A stretch of DNA of 61,657 nt, counting the filler, from Pirum gemmata (Eukaryota), in assembly GCA_002812295.1 (NCBI GenBank). It is 13 parts of 13 records of this genome, joined end to end, with 100 filler letters (N's around TTAATTAATTAA, not from the genome) between each part and the next. Parts side by side here need not be neighbours in the genome. Positions count along the whole stretch, not along the records: positions 1 to 4,202 come from PDIN01001399.1; positions 4,303 to 8,534 come from PDIN01001400.1; positions 8,635 to 12,803 come from PDIN01001401.1; 10 more parts are not named here. One strand, given 5' to 3'. Positions 1 to 10,862 of this stretch are shown here, in pieces. Each line of letters opens with the position of its first letter. Position 1 is the stretch's first letter. The position numbers were made by a program, and so were the translations under genes. The notes beneath the pieces were generated by a model. That model made no database searches. It had not been told where the DNA came from and was given only the letters and a program-made list of their open reading frames with translations.

Positions 1-770
1 ATAATAATAATAATAATAATAATAAATTACTATTATTAAAGGCGAAAGTGAACTTGATTTCAAACCAAAATTACTAAAATGTAATTTCAAAGGGTTCTTA
101 GCAATCATACTTAAAACTTTTAGAATTAATAAGTAAAGTTTAGCAACAACAAAATTGAATGAATAACAGAAATATAGATAATATTGATATACATATATTA
201 AATATATATTAAATATAATAATAATAATAATGTAATTAAATAATATAATAATAATCTATGCATATAATTTAATAATAATAATTGATGTCAATCGTCTAAT
301 GACTACTACATTGACGTCATCCCACCTCTTTTATGATAATTAGTCAACCAATAAGCGGAGGCATAACTGGAGGCAGTGTTTTTTTTTATTATGCATACCT
401 GGGGGTATATACTATAATATATATATCCAAGGACTTCAAAAAAAGAACTTTTTTTTGAAGTCCTTGATACTTCCTTGATATATCATAAAAAAATATAACA
501 TAATAATGTGTCAAGAACTTTGAACTTTGTTTGAAGTCCTTGAATACCTTGGTATATAATATTATGATATCATAATATTATATTATCATAATATTATTAT
601 TATGACATTATCTTTTGATATCTCTAGTAGCTAGTAGACCGAGGGGGTCTATTGATAATATATAAATATCGATAATAATGAAATATTAGACTAATCCATA
701 TCCCACACGTTCATTCATTTACTGTATATCAGTTTTATTTATATTTTTTATTCAACCAAAATAATAAAAA

Positions 771-1645
771 ATGATTATATTTTTGTTCTTTTCAAGTTCT
801 ACAACCACTAATAATAATGATACTCCTGCACAATCCATTTCTTCCATTTTAGATTCTACTTTATCATCTGATATTAATAATCCTAAACCTCATACTTCTC
901 AATCCTCTTCTCCTAGTCCTTCTCATAATAATAATTTATCCTTCAATACTAGTTCACTTGACCAATCTTTACACCACAATGCTTTACATGAAAATATTAG
1001 AGAAGCTACCATTTTTATTTCACAAGTTAAAAATATATATCATAATCGTTTTTCTACTTTATATGATACAATACGAAACCAAAATAATAATTTTCGTAAT
1101 GCCACAGAATTAAATTTTTTGTGTAAACTAATGGATCAAATGGATCAAATGATGGATATTTATGGTACTGATCTAGATCTTCAACCACTTTTTCATTTTA
1201 CAATGCGACGTTTTATATCTGTTCGTGTCTGTGATAAAGATAAAAGTTGGGCTGCTAGTTTCAATTATTGAACAGAAACATGATGATTATTAACATTATT
1301 ATCATAATTATTATTAGTAAAAACGACCATTATTACGATTAAAAGTACGATTACTATTATTAAATGAACTATTAATATTTGAACGAGAATTTTTTATAGT
1401 TTGAAGTTGTATGGAACCTAAAGAGGGATCATGGTCGTGTCTGTGATAAAGATAAAAGTTCGGCTGCTAGTTCAATTATTGAACAGAACCATGATCCCTC
1501 TTTAGGTTCCATACAACTTCAAACTTCCGTTCAAAAGCAACTGAATATTACTATAAAAAATTCTCGTTCAAATATTAATAGTTCATTTAATAATAGTAAT
1601 CGTACTTTTAATAGTCTTTTAATCGTAATATGGTCGTTTTACTAA
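771..1645 (+). pseudogene. Unknown Ser/Asn-rich ORF interrupted by a local inverted duplication
   Basis: ORF 771-1271 ends RVCDKDKSWAASFNY*. A second copy of that segment at 1435 reads RVCDKDKSSAASSIIEQNHDPSLGSIQLQTSVQKQ... open to about 1644, suggesting one original frame. No family recognised. Confidence 0.35.
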
Positions 1646-1680
1646 TAATAATTATGATGATAATGTTAATAATCATCATG
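1279..1680. repeat. Long inverted repeat (arms 1279-1435 and 1488-1680) whose loop is a direct copy of 1223-1278
   Basis: Left arm ...TTTGAAGTTGTATGGAACCTAAAGAGGGATCATGGT is the reverse complement of ACCATGATCCCTCTTTAGGTTCCATACAACTTCAAA...; complementarity continues to CATGATGATTATTAACATT / AATGTTAATAATCATCATG with two deletions in the left arm. Confidence 0.92.
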
Positions 1681-4302
1681 GCTATTTTTGACTGATGGGG
1701 TTTATTATTATTATTATTATTATTATATTATTATTTAATTATTGTTTTTTACTCGAACATGGTGATAAAAAGTATCGATAGACTAAAATTTATTCATATT
1801 ATATTATACTGTAGACTATAGATAACTGTATTTAGACTATGATTTTTATAAAAATAAAAAAAATAAATCAAACTCGGTAATTATTATCAAACTATTATCA
1901 ATTTATCAATATCTAATAATTATCATAATAATTATTATAATATTATGATATTTATTATCTGTTTATTAAGTCGATAAAAGGTTATTTTTTATTATATTGT
2001 TTATAGAACTGTTCATAGAGCTGTGGTTTACATAGAGCTGTTTTTATAGTATATCGAGTTATAGACCGGTCTAACCGTCTAACTATGATAGTTAGTTAGT
2101 TACTAGTGATAGCTCATAATTATTATTATTTATTATGATTCACTATGAGCCTATAAAAACTTCTGAGCAATTAAAAAAAAAATTTTTTTATTTTATCTAT
2201 TTTTTTTTACTATGATATGAATAATAATAGTCTACCTCTACGAATGACTAGCTAGTAGCTCCAGTAGCTAGCTAGCTAGCTGCCACTTCGGACTAAAGTT
2301 AGCTTTTAAAAAAAAAGTTCCTGTTTTCCTCTCTACTAGCTAGCTAGCTAGCTAGAGCTAGTGGTGTTTTCCTTTAGAGAGTTAGGTCTAGTAGCTAGCT
2401 AGCTAGCTAACTAGTTAGGGAAGGAGGCTGGGGGAAGGAGGAGCAGTAAGTTATGATACTGTAAGTATCATAGGTTACAGTTATAGACTAACTCTAGCTA
2501 GCTAGTAGACTAACAGTATAATATATTTGCTGATTTGCTTCATTTGATTGTCACTTGGTTTTGACCTGTTGTACTTTTCATAATGACACCATAATATATA
2601 GTCTATGATAGGCAATTGTATTGTTCTTTTGTCGTAGAAATATTGGTTTTTAAACTTTGTTCCTAGTATTGCGTTGCTGTTGTCGTTGTGGATATTGTTG
2701 GAGTTGTCAACTTGCCGTTGTGGATATTGTTGGAGTTGTCTATATTCGGATTTATCGATATAGAGTCTAGACAGTGTCTGGACAGTGTCTAGACTATGTA
2801 ATATTTTTTTGATGTAGGTCGGGCTGGTTCGACCGTTCGAGTCTGGTTTAATTACAGGGTTTAATTAATAGCCATCTAGCTAGCTAGCTAGCTAGTCTTA
2901 TAAACAGGTTTGTCTATGTTCAAATAATTTTTCTTGAACTCCTTGCTACTAGCTAGAGTAGCTAGCTACTAAGCTCTAGCTAGTGAGCTATGATAGTACT
3001 ATGATATATGATAGTCCAGTATGATAGTCAAACTTCAAAGAGTGTTCAAAGATTTTTAGTTTGACTTGTGGAAATTCTTTGGAACAGAGTAGACTAGTCT
3101 AGTCTATTACCATACTACTATTGTGCTTTTCATTTATTTTGTCACCCCTGCATTTTTGTTTGGTAGGTTATAACCTTTAACTATATTTTTAAATTAATAA
3201 ATAGAAAATTAAATTAAATGGATTTATATTGTATTAATTTGGTACTCTTTATTGTATGACAAAACAACTGAAAAGTACTATACTAGTCTAGCTACTGTCT
3301 AGCTACTAGAAAATAGCTATCGATATGATATGATAGGCCTGATATGATATAGTAGTTTACAGCTAGAGTTTTAAAATAGTAGCTAGTATCAATAGTGACT
3401 CCGATTAGTGAGTCTTTGTATCATAGTGTCTTTGTCATGACAGAACCTCATGAGCTGGAATGAGCAACCTCATGTATTCTCATGTGTAAAAAAAGCAAGT
3501 GTGGCAGTAATTTTTCCTATAGTCCTTGACTCCTTGTAGCTAGCTTAGTATATAGGTGATAGCTATTTATAAACCGAACCATATAGTCTATTGATCGAGT
3601 CTGTGCTCGAATCAAACACAGTTCTTTTTATTTAACAAACACCCTGACTGTTACGTCACTATGAGCATACTACTCACTGGTATCGTAGACTTGTAGTAAG
3701 TCCCGAGTAGCCGAGTCGAGTAGCCGAGTCGAGTAGACACTACTCGAGACACTACTCGCTACTCTAGCTAGCTAGCTAGCTAGCTAAGTTATCCAGAATG
3801 CTCTACAGACTACGGTAGCTAGCTAGTAGCTAGCTAGATCCCCATCTAAAATTCTAAATAGAGGCTGGATTCCACTCTAACTAGCTAGCTAGTATCTAGC
3901 TAGAGGGATTCCACTTTTTCTCCTGTGAAAAATAGCCAAATTAAAATGACGTTATAAATATCACTCAGATAATCGTCAGATTCACTTCCTTTTTATTTTG
4001 AATCCCTTTTTAGAGACAAATTCCTATACTAGCTAGCTACTAGCTAGTAGCTACTCTACAGTCTCCATTGCTAGCTAGCTAGCTATCATAGGTCTCTATG
4101 ATACTCTATTGATAGTAGTGTTGTCCAAACCCGCTTGCGTGGGTCGCCCATTGACCCACGGGCGAGTATTGATCCCGGGCATATATTATATCTACGCAAA
4201 TANNNNNNNNNNNNNNNNNNNNNNNNNNNNNNNNNNNNNNNNNNNNTTAATTAATTAANNNNNNNNNNNNNNNNNNNNNNNNNNNNNNNNNNNNNNNNNN
4301 NN

Positions 4303-4322
4303 ACAACATTAACAACAACATT

Positions 4323-4367
<45 letters not shown>

Positions 4368-5894
4368 AATAATAATAATAATAGCGGCGAAGAAGAAGTA
4401 GAAAACGAAGACGAAGACGAAGGAGAAGGAGAAGAAGAAAGATTAAAATCCAACTTCAAAAAGAACATGATTTTGCTATGTTTGTTTGGATTTTTTCGAT
4501 CATTTAAACCTTCTGAACCTTTCCTTCACAATATTCTCGTTGAAGGAAAAGGTTTTTCTAATAATGATATTAACAACAATGTTTATCCTTTTTTTACTTA
4601 CTCTAATTTAGTGTTTTTGTTTTTAGTCAGCTTTTTTGCCGAATTTGCCTCCTATCGTGTGATCATTGTTTTAGAAGCATTGACCCAAGTGGTTACGAGA
4701 TGCATTTTGTTATGGGGCCAAGAATTATGGTTATTACAATTAATGCAAGTTACATTTGGTTTTGCCGAGGCTTGTAATGTGATCTTTATTGTTTATGGTT
4801 ACAAGTTAGTTGCTCAATCTCATTTTCAAAGTGTTTCCAGTTATGCTCGTGCTGCAGAATTCGGAGGACACGTGTTGAGTGGGTTGTTGGGACAATTTTT
4901 GGTTACTTATTGTCACGTGGCACCCATGAATCTTCTTTATATTTCTTTTGTTTCTATTTTAATAGCGACGCTAATTTCTCCGTTTCTACCGTCCCCACCC
5001 AAGGCTAAACAGAACCAGCAAGAACTAGTGTCTTCTAGCTTAGCAACCAGTGACGAAACGGATAGTTTAAGTTAGTATTATTTTGTTTATTGTTTTTTTT
5101 TATTCTTATATTATTATTATTTGTTATTGTTGTTTATTAGTGTTGTTTATTATTGTTGTTTGTTATTGGTGTTTATTATTGTTGTTTATTATCGTTGTTT
5201 ATTATTGCTGTTTATTATTGTTATTTATTATTGTTTATTATTTTTAGTGTTTATTGTTGTTGTTTATCATTGTTGTGTATTGCTGTTGTTTATTATTGTT
5301 TAATCGTTATTTTTATTTGCTATTATGTATTATTATTATTCACTATTCACTATTTAGTATTTAGTATTTAGTATTAGTATTTAGTATTATTAATTGTTAT
5401 TTATTTTGATTAATATTTTAATTATTGTAATTCTTTATTATTAATATTTATTATTATTACTACTACTACTACTATTACTATTACTACTACTACTACCACT
5501 ACCACCATCACCACCACCACCACGACCACCACTACTACTACTTCTACTTTTACTACTACTAATACATTTTTATTGTTTAATTTTCTTTACCAGTTTATCA
5601 AAGCAATGTAACAAATTATAATTCCTTCTCAGAAACGGAAAGGCGGCAAAATTCGGCTACCGCTCGCTCACACGTGGATGCCGAGAGACTAATTGAAATT
5701 TTTAGTGTTCAAAATAATACTAATTTCGAGTATAATACGAATAATAATACGGAATGCGAAAAAAGTGATGAGAGTGACAATGATACTACCAGTTTATTAA
5801 AACAGGACAGTTTTATTACCACTCTTACGCAACACCGAAAAAAAGTGCGGAAACGAAATTTATTAAATAGAACACTAGACCGAATTCATAATAT
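4303..5894 (+). CDS. SLC19-family (reduced folate/thiamine carrier) transporter, partial: exon <4303-5070 and exon 5594-5894
   Basis: LCLFGFFRSFKPSEPFL, YPFFTYSNL, LQLMQVTFGFAEA and SGLLGQFLV match SLC19/Folate_carrier motifs. Frame is open upstream of Met 4467 (poly-N, SGEEEVENEDE) to the contig edge. Intron 5071-5593 (GTTAGT...TACCAG) joins in frame to IYQSNVTNY...RIHN, donor GTAAGT at 5895. C-terminal half not found. Confidence 0.88.
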
Positions 5895-6009
5895 GTAAGT
5901 GTTTGTTTTGTTTGTTTGTTTATTAATTAATTCCTTGGTTGGTTTGGTTTGGTTTGGTTCGGTTTAGTTATTTGGTTATTTGATTGTTGGGTTTTTGGGT
6001 TATTATTAA

Positions 6010-6050
<41 letters not shown>

Positions 6051-6354
6051 GTAACAATATTAATAACAATAGCAATAACAAGAGCAAAAACAACAACAAT
6101 AACAACAAAAATAATAAAAATATCAATATAAATATAAATATCAATATCAACAAACATCAATAGCAATAACAATGATAACAATAATAACAGTAATAACAAC
6201 AATATCAATATCAATATCAATATCAATATCATTAGCAATAACAATAACATTAAACAATAAACAATAACAATAACAATGACAAATAGCAATAACAAATAAC
6301 AAATAACAAATAACAAATAACAAACAACAACAAACAACAACAAACAACAACATT

Positions 6355-6430
<76 letters not shown>

Positions 6431-6748
6431 CAACAATAACAATAACAATAACAATAACAATAACAATAACAATAACAAATANGCAACAATAACAACAACA
6501 ATAATAATAACAATAACAATAACAATAACAATAACAAATAACAAATAACAAATAACAAATAACAATAACAATAACAACTTACCTAATTGCCCACATTAAT
6601 AATAATAATAATAACAAGAACAAAACAACAGTAACAATAACAATATTAATAACAATGTCAAATATTTAAATAACAAATAACAATAACAATAACAATAACA
6701 ATAACAATAACAATAACATGTACAATATCAATAATAATAACAACTTAC

Positions 6749-8465
6749 CTAATCGCCCACATTCCATTCAAAGTCTTTGGAAATACACCTGGTTTTTGTT
6801 CTTCAATAAAGTTAGATGAAGTTTCAAAACCTATTAATTAAAAAATAATAAATAATTATTAATTGTAATTATTTTATTTTCAAGTTTTACTTTTGGGGTC
6901 ATTAATTAGGGTTAAGGTTAGGGTTAAGATTAGGGTTAAGTTTAAGGTTAAGGTTGGGATTGTGATTGTGATTAGAGTTAGAGTTAGGGTTAAGGGTAGG
7001 TTAAGCTTAAGGTTGAGATTGGGATTGGGATTAGGGTTGGGGTTAGGGTTGGGGTTAAGGAATAGGGTTAGGAATAAGGTTAGGGTTAGGGTTAGGGTTA
7101 GGAATTAGGGTTAGGAATTAGGGTTAGGGTTAGGAATTAGGGTTAGGAATTAGGGTTAGGAATTAGGGTTAGGAATTAGGGTTAAGAATTGGGGTTAGGA
7201 ATTGGGGTTAGGGTTAGGAATTAGGGTTAGGAATTAGGGTTAGGAATTAGGGTTAAGAATTAGGGCTAGGAAATAGGGTTAGGGTTAGGGTTAGGGTTAG
7301 GGTTAGGGTTAGGGTTAGGGTTAGGGTTAGGGTAGTTTCGAATCCTATTAGAAAATCATAAATATTGAGTAATTGTCATTATTTTATTCTCGATTTTTAT
7401 TTTTGGAGGTGAAATTTGGATATGGCTAATTAGAATTTAGGTTAGGGTTAAGATTAGGGTTAAGATTAGGGTTAAGTTTGGGATTGTGATTGTGATTAAG
7501 TATAGAGTTAGAGTTAGAGTTTGGGTTAGGGTGAGGGTTAGGGTTAGGGCAAAGATTAAGTTAAGGTTAAGGTTAGGGTTTGGATTAGGATTAGGATTAG
7601 GGTTAGGATTAGGGTTAGGGTTAGGGATTAGGGATTAGGGATTAGGGATTAGGGATTAGGGATTAGGGATTAGGGATTAGGGATTAGGGATTAGGGATTA
7701 GGGATTAATTAGGGTTGGGGATTGGGGTTAGAAGTTAGGGTTAGGGTAGTTACGAATCCTATTACAAAATCATAGATAATGATTAAGTGTAATTATTTTA
7801 TTTTCGATTTTTATTTTTGGGGGTGAAAGTTGGATATCGCAAATTAGGGTTAAGGTTAGGTTTAAGGTTACAGTTAAGGTTAAGGTTTTAAGGTTAGGGT
7901 TAAGTTTAGAGTTGGGATTAGGATTAAGATTAGGATTGGGATTAGGATTAGCATTAGGATTAGCATTAGCATTAGCATTAGCATTAGCATTAGCATTGGC
8001 ATTAGCATTAGCATTAGGATTAAGGTTAGGGTTAGGGTTAGGGTTGGGATTAGGATTAGGATTGGGGTTAGGGTTGGGGTTAGGGTTAAGGTTAAGGTTA
8101 GGGTTAGGATTAGGGTTAGGATTAGGGTTAGGGCAAGGGTTAGAACTAGGGTTAGGATTAGGGTTATAATTAGGATTAGGGTTAGGGTTATGGTTATGGT
8201 TATGGTTAGGGTTATGGTTAGGGTTAGGGTTATGGTTAGGGTTATGGTTAGGGTTATGGTTAGGGTTATGGTTAGGGTTATGGTTAGGGTATACCAGTGA
8301 CTCCAAGCATAGCTGCAGCACAGCCGAAAAATATAGAATAAGCAGCAGAATTGGGGTTTGGGTGATGATAAGTGTTGTGTATGTTATTCCAATCAGTTCT
8401 AAATCCAACATAAATCGCTACAATTATCATTATCGTTGAGGTTGTAATATGCAAGAGAAAAATAC
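6749..8465 (-). CDS. APC-superfamily amino-acid permease, two internal exons (8465-8295 and 6830-6749)
   Basis: Splicing intron 8294-6831 (GTATAC...TAATAG, phase 1) gives [40 protein letters not shown], matching the APC TM6-loop motif G-x-E-x-x-x-N-x-x-E-E-x-K-x-P. Second exon ends at a GTAAGT donor. Confidence 0.85.
6905..8290 (+). repeat. Interstitial telomere-like array (TTAGGG with TTAGGAA, TTAGGGA, TTAGCA, TTATGG variants) in three blocks inside the permease intron
   Basis: Directly visible; blocks are separated by related ~95-bp non-telomeric spacers at 7334-7430 and 7748-7845. Confidence 0.95.
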
Positions 8466-8663
8466 CTTTATATAATAATATATACATATACATATGGGTT
8501 AGGGTTAGGGTAATAATAATAATAATAATAATAANNNNNNNNNNNNNNNNNNNNNNNNNNNNNNNNNNNNNNNNNNNNTTAATTAATTAANNNNNNNNNN
8601 NNNNNNNNNNNNNNNNNNNNNNNNNNNNNNNNNNATAATAATAATAATAATTACTATTCCATA

Positions 8664-10862
8664 ATGTGTTATGGAGTTACTGAACAGGGATTGTTTTCCT
8701 GTAACAATGCAAGTTTGCTTGCAAACAAAAAACTAAGAGAACAAGAGCTAAATAGAATTAAAAAAATTAATATAATTACCACCGGTACCCCCAATACCAC
8801 CACCACCACCAATACAACAGATGACGAAGAAGACATCTCGTCTATCTTACCTTCTCAAGAAAATACTCCAACAAACAATAATGACAACGTTAATAAAGGA
8901 CCATGTTGTTGTTCTGATACAAAAACAATTCATATAACAGCGAAAAATGGTACTAGCGAGTACGCTTTAAATCGTTTAAAACACGGTATAACTTCTCATA
9001 CTCAAAACTCACACAACGTCAGCTCAGTGTCTCTAGTAAATAATAGTCTTTATAGCCTTCCTATAGAAATATACAAACTCCAATGTTTAACACGAATCAA
9101 CATTTCTCGCAATGCCTTTTCATTTTTCCCGATTGTTATATGTACTCTTGTTAATATAAAGTCTATCAATATAAGTGATAATTATATTCCGAAAATACCA
9201 AAAGAAATTAAAAACTTAACCAACTTGGAATATTTCCATTGTAATGAAAATCGTATTCAGGAGATACCCGAGAGTTTATGTTGTTGTACAAATCTGAAAG
9301 GCTTGTATATGGGCTCCTTTTCCGGGGGCAATTTATTAAAAACTTTACCAGAGTCCATTCGTAAACTTCAAAATCTTGAAGAATTAGATTGCTCGTACAA
9401 TCGCATTACTCATTTACCTTCTAGTATAGGTGATTTAAAAAGTTTACGAATTCTTAATTTGGAACGAAATGAGATACACCATTTACCTTGTACTGTTGGG
9501 AAACTATCAAATATTGGTACTATTAACGCGCAACATAACCAATTAGTTTCTTTACCCGAATCATTGAGTGCGTGTAGGAATTTGCGAATGCTAAATGTTA
9601 CATTTAATTTGTTGAAGCACATTCCTGGCGAACTTTGTTGGTTAGCTAGTCATGCCATTGTTCTGTTAGGTGGCAATCCCCTTCATAGTAATAGTATTGC
9701 TATCCGTAACCGTAATTTTGAAAGTTTAAATGACCTTCTTAGTGATGCTATTATTGGTGTTGGTATTAATCACCATCATAATAACAATAATATTAGCAAT
9801 GAAAATCATAATAATCATAACAATACTAGTAATAATAACAATAACAATAACAACAATATTGTAAATGGAGAAGATGGGCATTTAATAGCAGTTCGTTTAC
9901 CAGCTGTGGAACGAATAAGGCGCCCTTCCATACATGCTTACAATCAGCAACAAGAATTAGAAGAGCAACAGCAGCTTGAAACTAACCATTATATTGTACA
10001 CAAACTTCTTCGTATTCATGCTAAAAGAGTGAAAACTTTAAGAAAGAAACAGGCAAGACAACAAAAAATACAAGCAAAATTAGAAAAAAAGACTCGTAAA
10101 AGAAAACACATGATGAATAACAATAACGGAGCCTTTAATAACTCGTATAGTGAAATGGAGATGGATGATATCGAGGAAGAGGACTTTGGTATGAATGATG
10201 ATATTTATAATGATGATGATAACGAAGAAGAATTTGACTCTGACGAAGAACAAGAAGAAAATTACGAACAAAAAAATATCATTGAGTCCCCTTATTTCCA
10301 ACATGTTTCTGATATTTTCAATGGATCATTTGAATATACGGTTTTACCAGCGCGGGTGCATACTCACACGAACACGGTGATGGTAGTAGACAACGAAGAC
10401 GATTTTACGTTTTCAGATAGCTTACCCACCCCACCACTTATCCCAATAGCATCGCAACAACAATCATACAGAATTAATGCAATAGAAAAAGGCCAAAAAC
10501 AATGCTTAAACAAAATTCCTTCGTTGCGCGAATTAAGCGGAACTGTAGTATTACGATCATTGGCGACTGCAGCGAAGGATTTTCCCGTTTGTTCAGAGTT
10601 ATGGTGTAAGTTTGCTCAATCGGTTGTTAAAGTTTTAAATGCTGATCAACACAGAGAGTATATACCTGCAGATGTAGTCTCATTCTTAGAAACAGCTAAT
10701 GGCTGTTCTGGATGCAGATTACCTTGTTTCCATGTGTCTTGGAAAAAAGTAAAGACTGAAAGTTTTGGACACCCTAATGTATCTAATCTACATAGATTAT
10801 GCGCGTTTTGTTATTCTAGTATTAGCTCAGTTCAACCACAATCACAACCACAACTGTCGTAA
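8664..10862 (+). CDS. Intronless leucine-rich-repeat protein (about 9-10 LRRs) with Asn/acidic linker and LRRC58-like C-terminal BC-box and Cys-rich motif
   Basis: 732-aa ORF with repeated LxxLxxLxLxxNxLxxLPxxI units, cap LGGNPL, then IPSLRELSGTVV ... LETANGCSGCRLPCF ... RLCAFC. Confidence 0.9.
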   Translation: MCYGVTEQGLFSCNNASLLANKKLREQELNRIKKINIITTGTPNTTTTTNTTDDEEDISSILPSQENTPTNNNDNVNKGPCCCSDTKTIHITAKNGTSEYALNRLKHGITSHTQNSHNVSSVSLVNNSLYSLPIEIYKLQCLTRINISRNAFSFFPIVICTLVNIKSINISDNYIPKIPKEIKNLTNLEYFHCNENRIQEIPESLCCCTNLKGLYMGSFSGGNLLKTLPESIRKLQNLEELDCSYNRITHLPSSIGDLKSLRILNLERNEIHHLPCTVGKLSNIGTINAQHNQLVSLPESLSACRNLRMLNVTFNLLKHIPGELCWLASHAIVLLGGNPLHSNSIAIRNRNFESLNDLLSDAIIGVGINHHHNNNNISNENHNNHNNTSNNNNNNNNNIVNGEDGHLIAVRLPAVERIRRPSIHAYNQQQELEEQQQLETNHYIVHKLLRIHAKRVKTLRKKQARQQKIQAKLEKKTRKRKHMMNNNNGAFNNSYSEMEMDDIEEEDFGMNDDIYNDDDNEEEFDSDEEQEENYEQKNIIESPYFQHVSDIFNGSFEYTVLPARVHTHTNTVMVVDNEDDFTFSDSLPTPPLIPIASQQQSYRINAIEKGQKQCLNKIPSLRELSGTVVLRSLATAAKDFPVCSELWCKFAQSVVKVLNADQHREYIPADVVSFLETANGCSGCRLPCFHVSWKKVKTESFGHPNVSNLHRLCAFCYSSISSVQPQSQPQLS

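Noticed and set aside
6905..8290. True chromosome end
   Set aside because: Array is degenerate and lies between two in-frame exons; contig-end arrays elsewhere may just be assembly breaks.
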